64,000 nt of DNA. It comes from Chiloscyllium plagiosum. Taxonomy: Eukaryota. Below are positions 24,971 through 37,434 of this stretch, piece after piece (position 1 is the stretch's first letter; every line of letters starts with the position of its first letter). The position numbers and the translations under genes were made by a program. A model generated the notes under the pieces. It had not been told where the DNA came from, did no database searches, and saw only the letters and a list, made by a program, of their open reading frames with translations. The stretch lies in the NCBI RefSeq assembly GCF_004010195.1, contig NC_057749.1:17469308-17533307 (forward strand), written 5' to 3'.

Positions 24971-26254
24971 TCTTCTGTCTTAGAATGGTAACTTTAAACT
25001 CAGCCCTAACCCCACCCGGCTTTCCTTCTCTCCAACACTGTATAAAAACTCACGTAAAAGTGCTTATTACATTTGAATGCATCTCTTTCTATAGAATGAC
25101 GGCTAGATTATATGTGTCATTTCTAAAGGCATGAATTATCCTGTTTCCTAGCGTTCAGAGTGTATTTCTCTGTGTGAGTTTATGCTCAATTTCCTGATGT
25201 AAATTTGATCTATTTGATTGCTCATGGGTATAATGGTGCCACTATTTGCCTGGATGCCCAGGTGCCTATTAGCTCCATCCTTCCTTTTGAAGGAACAGGC
25301 ATTTCAATTACACAAATAATGGAATTTTTAATCGCAGTGTTTCGCTTACACTAAATTCATTCCATTCTTGGGCTGCTCTTGCAACCCATGAATTATCAAA
25401 CGGGCAAAGAGTAAATGGCATCATTCTCTGCTAATTATAAGCTCTCATGAATAGAACTCTGCTAGGTGTGTGATCTTTTGACAGCTGGATGGTAAGGATC
25501 AAGAACTGGCACAGGGTGCCAAAAATCATTACATTTTCAGACTGCATCTTACATTAATATTCCCAGTTAGATGATTGCAAATTAAAGTTTAATATGTTTT
25601 GCAGAAGTTTTAGAAAAGTGTCTTTTCTTCTGATTCTGTCATGTATTTGTCTCTTTGACACCATCTTCTTTTGTCATTGTCCGTACATTTTCTTCTGCAA
25701 GTGTGTGCTTCCCTTTGGGGGGTTTTCACACTCTGTCTGATGATTGATGTCTAATTCTGTACCTGTCAAAGAGTTTCTGAGGGTTAAATTTGAACTGCTG
25801 ATTGTCCCACTTGAGAAATGTCCAGCAGTTGAAAATGGCAGAGAAACATTAACCCTCCCTCAGACATCAAACAGCTGCATGATGTAGTTTTGAAGTGAAC
25901 CAATAAATGGGCACCCATCCTTCCTAACGGGAGGAGGAAAGAGTCCTGTCTCATCTAAAAGTAAAGATGTTCCAAACACCATTCGCAGCATGCAGTGGTG
26001 GAGCATGTGCCACATATACGCTGGCCACTAGCACCAGCACTACGCAGCCAAACTGTAGTCTTTAAAGAGGCTGCTGGATGTCACTCCAAAACCAATGTGG
26101 AACTAGCTCATAGTATTTTTCTGGGGCTAGAAATCCACCTGTTATCATGCTGCTCAGTTTCGTCACTGGATTAGTTGGAGTTCCTCCTCAAGGGTTGGAC
26201 CTTAATGCGTATTGAGTATGGAACAGCCTATAAATACTGTGACAAGAGTAGGTC

Positions 26255-26550
26255 TCATTTATATATTTCCCCTCTCATCCTAAACCTATGCCCTCTAGTT
26301 CTGGACTCCCCCACCCTGGGTGGTAAAGACCTTGTCTATTTATCCTATCCATGCCCCTCATAATTTTGTAAACCTCTATAAGGTCACCCCTCAGCCTCTG
26401 ATGCTCCAGGGAAAACAGCCCCAGCCTGTTCAGCCTCTCCCTCTAACTCAAATTCTCCAACCCTGGCAACATTGTTGTAAATCTTTTCTGAACCCTTTCA
26501 AGTTTCACAGCATCTTCCAGATAGGAAGGAGACCAGAACTGCACAAATAT
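26255..26550 (-). mobile_element. CR1 LINE 3' fragment
   Basis: Reverse complement of the LERV...LGLFSLE..RLRGDLIEVYKIMRG region. Near-identical in type to 44032-44487. Confidence 0.85.
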
Positions 26551-26554
26551 TCCA

Positions 26555-27035
26555 AGTCAGGAGTGTGATGGAATACTCCCCACTTGCCCTGGACGGGGGC
26601 AGCTCCAACAACACTCAAGAAGCTCGACACCATCCAGGACAAAGCAGCCGCTTGATTGGCACCACATCCACAAACTCCCTCCACCACCCACGCTCAGTAG
26701 CAGCAGTGTGTACCATCCACAAGATGCCCTGCAAGTGACCAAGGCTCCTAGGACAGCACCTTCCAAACCTGTGACCTCTTCCATCTAGAAGGAAAAGGAC
26801 AGGAGATACATTGTAACACCACCATGTACAAGTTCCCTCCATGTCACTCACTACGCTGACTTGGAAATATATCACCATTTGCCACTACATCAAATTGTGG
26901 AGTGCCCTTCCCAACAGCACTGTGCTCTCCTGCACCTCAAGGACTGCAGCATTTTTAAGAGTGAAGCTCACCATCACCTTCTCCAGCGAAATTAATAAAT
27001 CCTGGCCTAGCAGTGATGTTTACATCCCTTCAAAA
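26555..27035 (+). mobile_element. Non-LTR retrotransposon 3' fragment (second LINE family, CR1/L2 group)
   Basis: RSVMEYSPLA...LKKLDTIQDKAA.LIG RT C-terminal pattern. A reverse copy lies at 36478-37120. Confidence 0.7.
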
Positions 27036-27329
27036 AAACAATAAAATAGGTACAATTCATAAAGGGACACAAGATCAAAAAGACCTAGAGGTGTATGCAC
27101 ACAAAGCATTCTGGGGCATGTTAAAAAGATTGTTACAAAATCATAATGTAATCCTTTGCTTTGTTACTGTTGAGTAAAAACAAGGAGGTCACACTCCACC
27201 TTTAGCAAATATCAGTTAGGTCTCTCATGGAGTAATTGTGTTTGATTCTTGTACGTCACATACTAAGGAGGACATCAGAGTTTTAAGGAGAGTTCAGGCG
27301 GGGGGTATTGACACAGTACATAAAAGCAG

Positions 27330-28080
27330 CCTCTGATATCAATCCAGGGGCTTGACCACCATCATTCAACGGCTTAGGGTGGTCAGGGTGAGGATCCTCT
27401 GCTCTTCATTGGCACCTCACTACACATCCTCACATTTCTACCCGAGTATGGACCGTGTCCTCCTGGATTGAGTGAGATGAGGGAGAATGGCACAGCTCTT
27501 GGTGCTGGTGTAGATGGGTTAAAGGTAGCAAAGTGTCCCAGGTGAGTAAGTTGGCAGCACAGAGGGCATGCAGGGTCAGTAATGGGGATGAGAGAGAGTA
27601 GAGGTGACAGTTGTAGAGCATGTGCTGTGGACGGAGGTGGGTGCAGTCACTGAGAGACAGTGAGTGTAAGGAAACAGAGAGAAGAGTCTAGCGGAGAAGG
27701 TCATTGAACCTCTTCCTGCAGACAGCTAAGACTACACTGACCAGGCTGGTAGGGACTGGGGGCATAGCCTCCTCTGCCCGTCCTGGGGAGGGTGAACATG
27801 AGTGTCCTCCATATCCACCCCCTCCTGCAGCACCCTCCAAGTCCCCGGTTACAGAGCAGGAGCAGAATTTCCCTTCTTTGCCTTGTTTTGGTAAAATGCA
27901 CCAAACCATGGAGGGACTGATTGTGTTTCTGGTAGTGTGCACAACATTTCACAGCTGACACAGAGCCAAGGACCCCAAGCAGGAGGAGCTAGCTTTGCAA
28001 AGGAGAGACCCTGTAAGGAGTGTAGTTAGGGAGCGAGGGAATGTTTGGGATGATCATGTGACATCTGGTGAGATTCGGCC
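27330..28080 (-). mobile_element. PIF/Harbinger transposon remnant (Myb/SANT-like ORF)
   Basis: The - strand reads ...GDLE...CRKRFNDLLR, then an intron-like gap, cag|EDTVHTRVE and RILT. Candidate terminus GGCCGAATCTCACC abuts TAA at 28081. Confidence 0.6.
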
Positions 28081-28125
28081 TAAAACAAAGAGGATCTCTT
28101 CTGAGGTAGGTTCAATCTAACCCGT

Positions 28126-28359
28126 GGTAAAAACAATGAGTGCAGATGCTGGAAACCAGATTCTGGATCAGTGGTGCTGGAAGAGCACAGCAATTCAGGC
28201 AGCATCCGAGGACAGGCAAAATCGATGTTTCGGGCAAAAGCCCTTCATCAGGAATAAAGGCCCTTCCTGATGAAGGGCTTTTGCCCAAAACGTCGATTTT
28301 GCCTGTCCTCGGATGCTGCCTGAATTGCTGTGCTCTTCCAGCACCACTGATCCAGAATC
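28126..28359. mobile_element. Palindromic Penelope pseudo-LTR insertion with two opposed hammerhead motifs and TSD
   Basis: Near-perfect inverted arms. TSD tcaatctaacccgt at 28112-28125 and 28358-28371. Confidence 0.85.
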
Positions 28360-29204
28360 AATCTAACCCGTACTAACCTTTCGGTACAATGAACCTGGGT
28401 GCTCCATGGCGAGAGAAGGGGATAATCGATCAGGTTTCTTACAACTCACCGATGCACATGAATGTTGCTGGGAAAGTCCACTTTGTGGGGATATTGGATT
28501 CAAACAGGATTGAATTGAGTTCTGCTGGTCTCTGTGGTTAAATAGCCTCCTTAGCCCATTAAACAACCTTATATGTGAAGTTTGGTGATGGGGATAAGGT
28601 ACAATACCCGCTGATGCAACAAGCTTTCAGAAGAAGAGGGAAGAAAAACTGAAGGAATAAAGATTTTGTGCGACAAAAACAATTAGTGTGAGGATTAAGT
28701 GAGGATATCCTCAGACGCTCCTCTCTCTTCGGGCTGAGCTTTATACCATATGGTAACGACAGACTCTGCTCTCTGGCAGAGTAATTACTTTGTTGAAGTC
28801 ATTCACTTTTTCTCCGTCTCTCTTTCATAGTGGATTTAGCTTATTACAGACTTACATTCAGATCAGGCTGCCGTGTTACAGAAAGCCAGGCAGCAATGAA
28901 TAGTTCCTTTAGCAAAATGTTGGTCTTGTCCTTTTGTTTGTTCACATATAGATTTGTGCAGAATGAGTTTGTGTGAGGTAGCACCAGGCACCCTCATTCA
29001 AAGATGGTTTTCACCCAATTGGTTTCATTGCTCAGCTGACGGCAGGTTTCGACAAGGGGAGCACAGAGTTTCCTAAAGGTGCTGATTCCTGCTCAGCCAC
29101 CACCTGTCTGAGTTTCACAAAAACATTATTCAGTCATCCTACATTTCCATCCTTTCATAGAATGTGTACGGTGCTGCCTCAGCCATCACTTATATCTCAA
29201 CCTT

Positions 29205-29757
29205 AGTTCCATTTTGGAGCACTGCGTGCAATTCTGGTCTCCCAGGAAGAATCCAGCAGATAGGAAGAATGTGCAAAACTTGAAAGGGTTCAGAAAAGAT
29301 TGACAAGGATGTTGCCAGGGTTGGAGGATTTGAGCTATAGGGAGAGGCTGAACAGGCTGGGTCTGTTTTCCCTGGAGCGTCAGAGGCTGAAGGGTGACCT
29401 TATAGGAGGTTTAAAAAATCATGAGGGGCATGGATAGGGTAAATAGACATCCTGGAGTGGAGAAGTCCAGAACTAGAGGGCATAGGTTTAAGGTGAGGGG
29501 GAAAGATATAAAAGAGACCTAAGGGGAAACTTGTTCACACAGAGGGTGGTACGGGTATGGAATGAGCTGCCAGGGGAAGTGGTGGAGGCTGGTACAATTA
29601 CACATTTTAAAAGCATCTGGATGAGTACATGAATAGGAAAGATTTAGAGGGATATGGGCCAGGTGCTGGCAAACGGGACGAGATTAGGTTTGGATATGTG
29701 GTTGGTGTGGACGAGTTACAGCGATGTGCCTGTTTCTGTGCTGTACGTCTCGATGAC
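29205..29757 (+). mobile_element. CR1 LINE 3' fragment
   Basis: LEHCVQFWSP...LERVQKRLTRMLPGLEDLSYRERLNRLGLFSLERQRLKGDL, plus the 3' UTR. Confidence 0.9.
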
Positions 29758-30599
29758 ACTTGTGAAGGTGTTGGTGAGACACCTTGTTGAAAAGCTGTAG
29801 TCCATGTGGAGTTCCAGACTTTTGACTCTGCAACGCTGAAGGAGATTGTTTGTATGGTTAAGGATTAACACTAAGGAGTGCCTGAAGCACAACTAACAAT
29901 GACAGTGTCAGAGAGACGGAGGGGAAGAACAGCTCAGAAGATTGGAGGAGTAGGGGTCTCTGTCATACTAATATAACTTGTCCATCTTTGCTATTGTACA
30001 GTATGTGACATCCTGTTTAAGACAATAGCACCTTCTTGTTAGATTGTGGAGTATATTTCCCCTCTCACACTGGCCCAGGCAGTATGTCACGGTCCCCAGC
30101 AGGAACGTGGTGACAGTAAGTCCAGCAGATAGCTCACACAGAATGATGAGCAGTGGCGAGGATTTATCTGACAGCCATCATTGAGTGTTGAAGATTGTTG
30201 GAGAGAAGCAGAGCTACATAAAGAGGAAGACAGGAATATTCCAAGCTGCTAAAAACCACAGCATTGCATAAAAAGGGATAAAAAATGCAGAAAGCACTGG
30301 AAAGATACAATTTGAGTAAATTCTTCTCCGAGTTACTGGTTGAGATGGAAGCTAACATCAAACAAAACTAGCAGTTTGTCCACTTGCAATGACAAATTAT
30401 GAAATATCACCAGATTCAATTAATAGGCCAAGGTAATAATTATCAAGTTATACTTTTGGGGAGAGACTGTTACTAACTACATTCCACTCTCAATCTCTGG
30501 AAAGCTCAGAAAAAAATACACTGCAGAAATTTTGAAACCCTCAAGGGTACACTTGGAACCGAAATGGAAATTGGTCTGTTATAGTGGGTGATATAGTTT

Positions 30600-31190
30600 C
30601 CAGCCCTGTTTCTGAGAGGTTGGTAAATGGGGTCTAAACTGCTATGTTTGTTAAAGGAGTTCCGGATTGGATGCTAGGTCTCCAGGAATTCCCGTGTGTG
30701 TCTTTGTTGGATGGAGGTATTGTCCCAGTCAAACTGGGGTCCCTCTTCATCTGTGTGTATGGATACCCATGATAGTTGGTCACATCGCCAGAGATCCGGG
30801 TTCAATTCCCGCCTCAGGTGACTGTGTGGAGTTTGCACGTTCTCCCCGTGTCTGCGTGGGTTTCCTCCGGGTGCTCCGGTTTCCTCCCACAGTCCAAAGA
30901 TGTGCAGGGTCAGGTGAATTGGCCATGCTAAATTGCCCCTAGTGTTAGGTAAGGGGTAAATGTAGGGGTATGGGTGGGTTGCGCTTCGGCGGGTCGGTGT
31001 GGACTTGTTGGGCCGAAGGGCCTGTTTCCACACTGTAATGTAATCTAATCTAATCTAATCTTTTGGTGGCTAATTGGTACTCGTATCCTGGTGGCTAGTT
31101 TCCTGTCTGTCTGTCTGATGTAATGGTTGTTGTGGTCCTTGCAGGGTCTTTTGTTTTTAAATTCATCAGGAGCTGCTTCAGTGTGGTGCT
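30600..31190 (-). mobile_element. Second Penelope-like GIY-YIG remnant, split by a V-SINE
   Basis: The - strand reads PCKDHNNHYIRQTDRKLATRIR...LATKR [SINE] QLSWVSIHTDEEGPQFDWDNTSI...REFLE, typical of the PLE endonuclease C-terminus. Confidence 0.75.
30781..31060 (+). mobile_element. V-SINE, 5'-truncated, young, with (TAATC)n tail
   Basis: B-box gggttcaattccc, V-domain with intact CpGs, taatctaatctaatc tail. Confidence 0.88.
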
Positions 31191-31221
31191 GGGATTGTGG
31201 GCTACCATGATGGACAGGTTA

Positions 31222-33161
31222 TGAGACCCGGGCACCGTGTACCAGAGGAGCTGAGACCCGGGCACCGTGTACTAGAGGAGCTCAGACCCGGGCACCGTGT
31301 ACCAGAGGAGCTCAGACTCAGGTACCGTGTACCAGGGGAGCTGAGACCCGGGCACCGTGTACCAGAGGAGCTGAGACCCAGGCACCGTGTACCAGAGGAG
31401 CTGAGACCCAGGCACTGTGTACCAGAGGAGCTGAGACCCGGGCACCATGTACCAGAGGAGCTCAGACCCGGGCACCATGTACCAGAGGAGCTCAGACCCG
31501 GGCACCGTGCACCAGAGGAGCTGAGACCCGTGCATCGTGTACTAGGGAGCTCAGACCCGGGCACCGTGCACCAGAGGAGCTGAGACCCGGGCACCATGTA
31601 CCAGAGGAGCTGAGACCCGGGCACCGTGTACTAGAGGAGCTGAGACCCGGGCACCATGTACCAGAGGAGCTGAGACCCAGGCACCGTGTACCAGAGGAGC
31701 TGAGACCCGGGCACCGTGTACCAGAGGAGCTCAGACCCGGGCACCATGTACCAGAGGAGCTCAGACCCGGGCACCATGTACCAGAGGAGCTCAGACCCGG
31801 GCACCATGTACCAGAGGAGCTCAGACCCGGGCACCATGTACCAGAGGAGCTCAGACCCGGGCACCATGTACCAGAGGAGCTCAGACCCGGGCACCATGTA
31901 CCAGAGGAGCTCAGACCCGGGCACCATGTACCAGAGGAGCTCAGACCCGGGCACCATGTACCAGAGGAGCTCAGACCCGGGCACCATGTACCAGAGGAGC
32001 TCAGACCCGGGCACCATGTACCAGAGGAGCTCAGACCCGGGCACCATGTACCAGAGGAGCTCAGACCCGGGCACCATGTACCAGAGGAGCTCAGACCCGG
32101 GCACCATGTACCAGAGGAGCTCAGACCCGGGCACCATGTACCAGAGGAGCTGAGACCCGGGCACTGTGTACCAGAGGAGCTGAGACCCGGGCACCATGTA
32201 CCAGAGGAGCTCAGGCCCGGGCACCGTGTACCAGAGGAGCTCAGGCCCGGGCACGGTGTACCAGAGGAGCTGAGACCCGGGCACCGTGTACCAGAGGAGC
32301 TGAGACCCGGGCACCGTGTACCAGAGAAGCTGAGACCCAGGCACCGTGTACCAGAGGAGCTGAGACCCGGGCACCGTTTACCAGAGGAGCTCAGGCCCGG
32401 GCACCGTGTACCAGAGGAGCAGAGACCTGGGCACCGTGTACCAGAGGAGCTGAGACCCAGGCACCGTGTACCAGAGGAGCTGAGACCCGGGCACCGTGTA
32501 CCGGGGAGCTCAGACTCAGGTACCGTGTACCAGAGGAGCTGAGACCCGGGCACCGTGTACCGGGGAGCTCAGACCCGGGCACCGTGTACCAGAGGAGCTG
32601 AGACCCAGGCACCGTGTACCAGAGGAGCTGAGACCCGGGCACCGTGTACCAGAGGAGCTGAGACCCGGGCACCGTGTACCAGAGAAGCTGAGACCCGGGC
32701 ACCGTGTACCGGGGAGCTCCGACCCGGGCACCGTGTACCAGAGGAGCTGAGACCCGGGCACCGTGTACCGGGGAGCTCAGACCCGGGCACCGTGTACCGG
32801 GGAGCTCAGACCCGGGCACCGTGTACCGGGGAGCTCTGACCCGGGCACCGTGTACCGGGGAGCTCAGACCCGGGCACCGTGTACCGTGGAGCTCCGACCC
32901 GGGCACCGTGTACCGGGGAGCTCAGACCCGGGCACCGTGTACCGGGGAGCTCAGACCCGGGCACCGTGTACCGTGGAGCTCCGACCCAGGCACCGTGTAC
33001 CGGGGAGCTGAGACCTGGGCACCGTGTACCAGAGGAGCTCCGACCCAGGCACCGTGTACCGGGGAGCTCAGACCCGGGCACCGTGTACCGGGGAGCTTAG
33101 ACCCTGGCACCGTGTACCGGGGAGCTCCGACCCGGGCACCGTGTACCGGGGAGCTCCGACC
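31222..33161. repeat. GC/CpG-rich minisatellite, 30-bp unit (AGACCCGGGCACCRTGTACCAGAGGAGCTS) with a 29-bp variant, about 65 units
   Basis: Direct observation. Homogeneous core ~31730-32150; 29-mers dominate after ~32760. Confidence 0.97.
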
Positions 33162-34124
33162 TACTCTCTTGTATCCACAGAAAGGCCCACTGAAGGCTCA
33201 TGGTTTCAGGGCATTTTCCAAATGTTGGAAACCATCATGTAAACCAGAGAAGATGTGTTCGGGGTGAGATTTTAAGTGTAAGAAACTAAAGCTCTTTGTT
33301 TGGAGGTGTTTACCCAGGTAGTAGATTAACAGCTGATAATGTCAATGGGGTGATCGCTACAGAAATGTTGGATGAATATTTTGACAAAACCATGTGTAGC
33401 TACTATCGAGATGTCAGGCAAAAATGGGAGTGATTCAATCTGGTCCTTAGGTTGACAATGTCAAGTCTAACGGGGCGAAATGGTTTGTAAGTATTGCAAT
33501 GAAACAGCAGAACAATAACAGAAAAATAAACAGGAGCCATGAATTGTCATTAATGGGAACCCTGGGAGGACACAGGGATAGCTTTCAGCATGGGTACTTG
33601 GGAGAGACCCTGGATAAAGACTGCTTTGTCAGGCAGCTTAACCATTGTCCATTAGTAATCGCACTACATCATCTTATTTCATAACAAAAAAAAATAGTTA
33701 ATCTGATTGTCACATCTTTAGCATTTATAATAGGCTTTTGATATGTCAGCCTCCCCTCAATTATCAAATTTACCTCAGTTGTTTGAAATTCACACGTGAG
33801 GGAAGTGTTCATAGAACCTTGAGCTGATATTGCCATGTTAGTGAGTATTTCTCTCGTTCCGTTCGGCAGTGGGTCTTTTGAAGAGAAATCCATTTCATCC
33901 CATTGCCTGCTTTTCCCCACAGCTCTGCTCTTCCCTTTCCTGTGATTTCGAATTGTTTTGCCAACACCTTAAGTCTGTCCACTCCAATTATCAACATTTC
34001 GGCCAAGGGAAAAAGAGTAAACAATAGGAGAATATCTCGCCCTCTCACGGTGGAGAACATCTCCATAGGATCTCCTTTTAGGTTTGTAGAGGAGTAAGAA
34101 ATGCAGACATTAACAGGTGCAAAT

Positions 34125-34275
34125 GGTTAGCATAAAGTCACCATAGCCTTACCAGACCATCGGGTTGCTGAAGGAGAGCTCTCCAGGGTAATCTCAGCTG
34201 GTGCGGGAGTTGAACCACACTGTTGGCATCATTCTGGATCACAAACCTGCCTGTCAGCCAACTTGAGCTAACCAG
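34125..34275 (-). mobile_element. tRNA-derived SINE (second family); + strand copy at 42305-42395
   Basis: ggttagctcaagttggctg...ggtttg...ggttcaa.tcc.g.accagctg is shared with 42311-42390. Confidence 0.55.
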
Positions 34276-35589
34276 GCCCCATCAAGGTATGAGTGACTCC
34301 AGTAGAACTGTACCAATTCATTACGAGATTGATAGGAGAAAAAAAGAGGGATATTCATGGTCAATGATTTGAGATTTATCTTCCTGTAAGGTGTTCTGAC
34401 TGAAGTCCTGTTTTCCATGCTTCCAGTTTCCCTTGGCATTGAATGTTCCTGAACACTGCTGTTGGCCAGGCATTATACAGACACCTTTGGGGAGTTCATC
34501 AGGTTACATGCTCCGTAAACACTGAGTTAAATATCAACAAGAGGTTTCATGGTTCCTCTTCTAAATGTTTAGTCCATTGATCCCAAATCCCACCTGGATC
34601 AGATGGTTGGATGTCTGTTCCCTGATAGGAATCTAAAGATCAGGATTCAGTACCAATAGGATAGACAGGAGAAGAATTATAAACTCAATACTGACAAGTC
34701 AGTTCGAAAATGTTATTTGAGTGTACGTAACACTGAGCTTTATGATCAATAGAAACTATAATCTTTAGATACAGTACTGCACTCTGAAACGTTACATATA
34801 CTGTTCCTGCCACACTGAGATTTTCCAGCTGCCTGAGCTCCTTAAATGGAAGCTTTTCCTTTTCCCCACTCGTTCCTTTGCCTCATGCTGTGGAGCAATT
34901 AGTTATGTAAGGTTTACAAATCCTTTTCCTCAGTGTCAATGAGACCTCTGTTGTAAGACTGGAAGGAGTAGGCCATTCAGTCCATCAATTCTGCACCACT
35001 GTTCAGTGAGATCTTGGCTGATCACAATAATAAATCCCATGGATTCCTGATGGAAAAATGGAAGCAGTTTCACTAAAAACGCTCCAAAAAGAATTGGCCA
35101 AAAGATAAAAGATCTGACTGAACAATGGGGAAAGCGGGGAATGGGATTTATTATTGTGCCCAGACCAGGAGATGAACATGCCCTCCTGTACTGGTGTAAG
35201 GGGCTATACACTGGGCTGAATATATTAAAGACTTGGAGTCGTATGTACTTTGTATTTTGAACACTAATACCTCTTACAACAATACTAGGTTAAGGGCACT
35301 TCACTGAACAGTTCCTCCTGACATTCAACGCCAAGCTTTGACCTCGAGACTTGGTCAGGACTCTCCAGGATGCCCAGACCTTTCTGCCATCCCCTCCTCC
35401 TCAAAAATGCGCAGATTTTCAAATAATCCAGGTGTCACTTCATTTCTTGACTGAGTTCACCGAATTTCTCAATGAAAACGGGTTTAGCCAGCTGAAGGGC
35501 TGTGCAGTTGGGGTTCTGTTGCGACTGTGGAATTGCTTCTGTCGCAGTGTCCTGTAATCCCAATTTACTGCTATTCATAAAATTCCCCA

Positions 35590-35860
35590 GTGTTTGTTTT
35601 CCCAGATTGGAAATGCCAAATATTAGATGGTGTAAGTTTAAGGTGAGAGGGAGAAGGTTTAAAGGAGATGTGTGAGGTAAGTTTTAATAAAGCAAGGTGG
35701 TAGGTACCTGGAACGAAGGGGGCAGATGCAGAGACAGTTGTAATGTTTAAGAGGCATTTGGACAGACAGGGGAGAGAGGGATATAGACCAAGTGAAGGCA
35801 GCTCAGACATCATGGTTAGCACAGACAGGGCCAGTTCCTGTGCTGTACTGTTCTATGATC
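35590..35860 (+). mobile_element. CR1 LINE 3' end fragment
   Basis: aaggtgagaggagaaggtttaaaggagatgtgtgagg...tttaagaggcatttggacag...ttcctgtgctgtactgttctatg. Confidence 0.7.
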
Positions 35861-36477
35861 TAGCTACTTGGTTGGGGCTTGATGTCAGGGTGGGAATGAA
35901 GACAGTAAATAGCCAAGGGTTTGGTTTGAAGGTGATTGCTGAGGTGTGGATTGCTGACAGTGTAAATTATCCAGCTGCTGCTACTTGTACAGGGATAACC
36001 TTATGATGGAATAGCCTCTTAAACCCACACTGTGACACCATCGCACTATTTCGGATTTAGTGTCTCAGCTTATCACTTTATCTGTAAAACCTCTTGCTCT
36101 TACTGCACGCTCTAAACCACAAGAAAGCGTGTGAGAAAAGACAGAGCACCATGACCTGAAAAAGCTCAGATCTTCACCTTTGGAAGAGATGTACACAGTT
36201 CCATGGCCACTGGGTGTGAATGTAAACCCTGCGGGTGTAACATTAACCGAACGTACTGGGTGGCGAGTATACTGCAATGGGCACTGCTTCAGAGGACAGG
36301 AACATTTGGCAGCGTATTACCAACCCAGTGCCCAGTCTGCCAGGTGAACTGAGTCCTCAGCATCTCCCCTCTCCCCACCCTGACCAATCCTAACTCCGTG
36401 GAAAATCGCGACTGGCAAGAGCACAAGCTGCAAAATAAACCCTCATGCTGCTTGTCACAGTCTAGACCAACAGTTTT

Positions 36478-37120
36478 TTATTCCCTTACGGAATGTGGGC
36501 ATCGCAGGCTGGGCCAGTATCTATTGCCCCATCCCTAGTTACTTCTGGAGAAGGTGGGGGTGAGCTGCCTTCTTGAACCGCTGCAGGTCAGCAGCATGGT
36601 GTCTTAGTGGTTAGCACTGCTGCCTCACAGCGCCAGGGACCCAGGTTCAATTCCAGGGAGGAAGGGGAGGAGGGAGAGGGTGACTATCTGTGTAGAGTTT
36701 ACACATTCACCCCGTGTCTGTATGGGTTTGTTCTTCCCACAATGCAAAGGTGTGCAGGTCAGGGTGGGTTGGCCATGGGAAATACAGGGTTAGGGTGGGA
36801 GGCTCTTTGGAGAGTTGGTGTGGGCCGAATGGCCTGCCCCCACACTGTAGGGGTTACTATAATAGATCCCTCCTATGGTGATAGCCCACTTGCTCTGGGT
36901 TGACCCCCAATGCCCTTAGGGAAAGAATTCCAGGCTTATGACCTAGCCACTGATGGAACAGTGATATATTTCCAAGTCAGGATAGTGGTAAGGGGTGGTA
37001 TTCTCATGTATCTGCTGCCCTTGTCCTTCTAGATGGAAGTGGTTATGGGTTAGGAAGGTGCTGTCTCAGGATCTTTGGTGAGTTTCTGCTGTGCATCTTG
37101 TAGATGGTACACACTGCTGC
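36478..37120 (-). mobile_element. LINE 3' fragment (same family as 26555-27035) with a nested V-SINE at ~36590-36860 (+)
   Basis: Reverse-complement match to 26700-27035; V-SINE head gtggttagcactgctgcctcacagcgccaggg. Confidence 0.75.
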
Positions 37121-37434
37121 CTGACATGTGTACTGACAGTGTCCACTGTGCTTTGAGTTTCAGTCAGATCCCAGCGTTAACTTTCAAAAATATAATGATG
37201 TCTCAATACTTGTCATCTCCAAGAAACTTTGTGTAACAGAATGGGTTTATAAATCCCAATTAGGCCAGTCCAGTGTTAAAGGAAGAAAGAGCTTGCATTT
37301 ACATAGCACCTTTCCCAAATGCTTCACAGATAATGAATTACTTCCTGAACCATAGTCATAGTTGTAATTCAGGGTTAGATGTACCCCTGCTCATGATTTA
37401 TTAAATGCATTGATTAGCAATTTAAATATAATTA

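Noticed and set aside
30250..30560. Possible Gypsy protease remnant (LLGRD)
   Set aside because: A single short motif is not enough support.
31197..33267. Long ORFs (up to 353 aa) and a possible CRISPR-like look in the 30-bp array
   Set aside because: The ORFs result from a stop-free 30-bp unit. Units are contiguous with no unique spacers, and the DNA is vertebrate.
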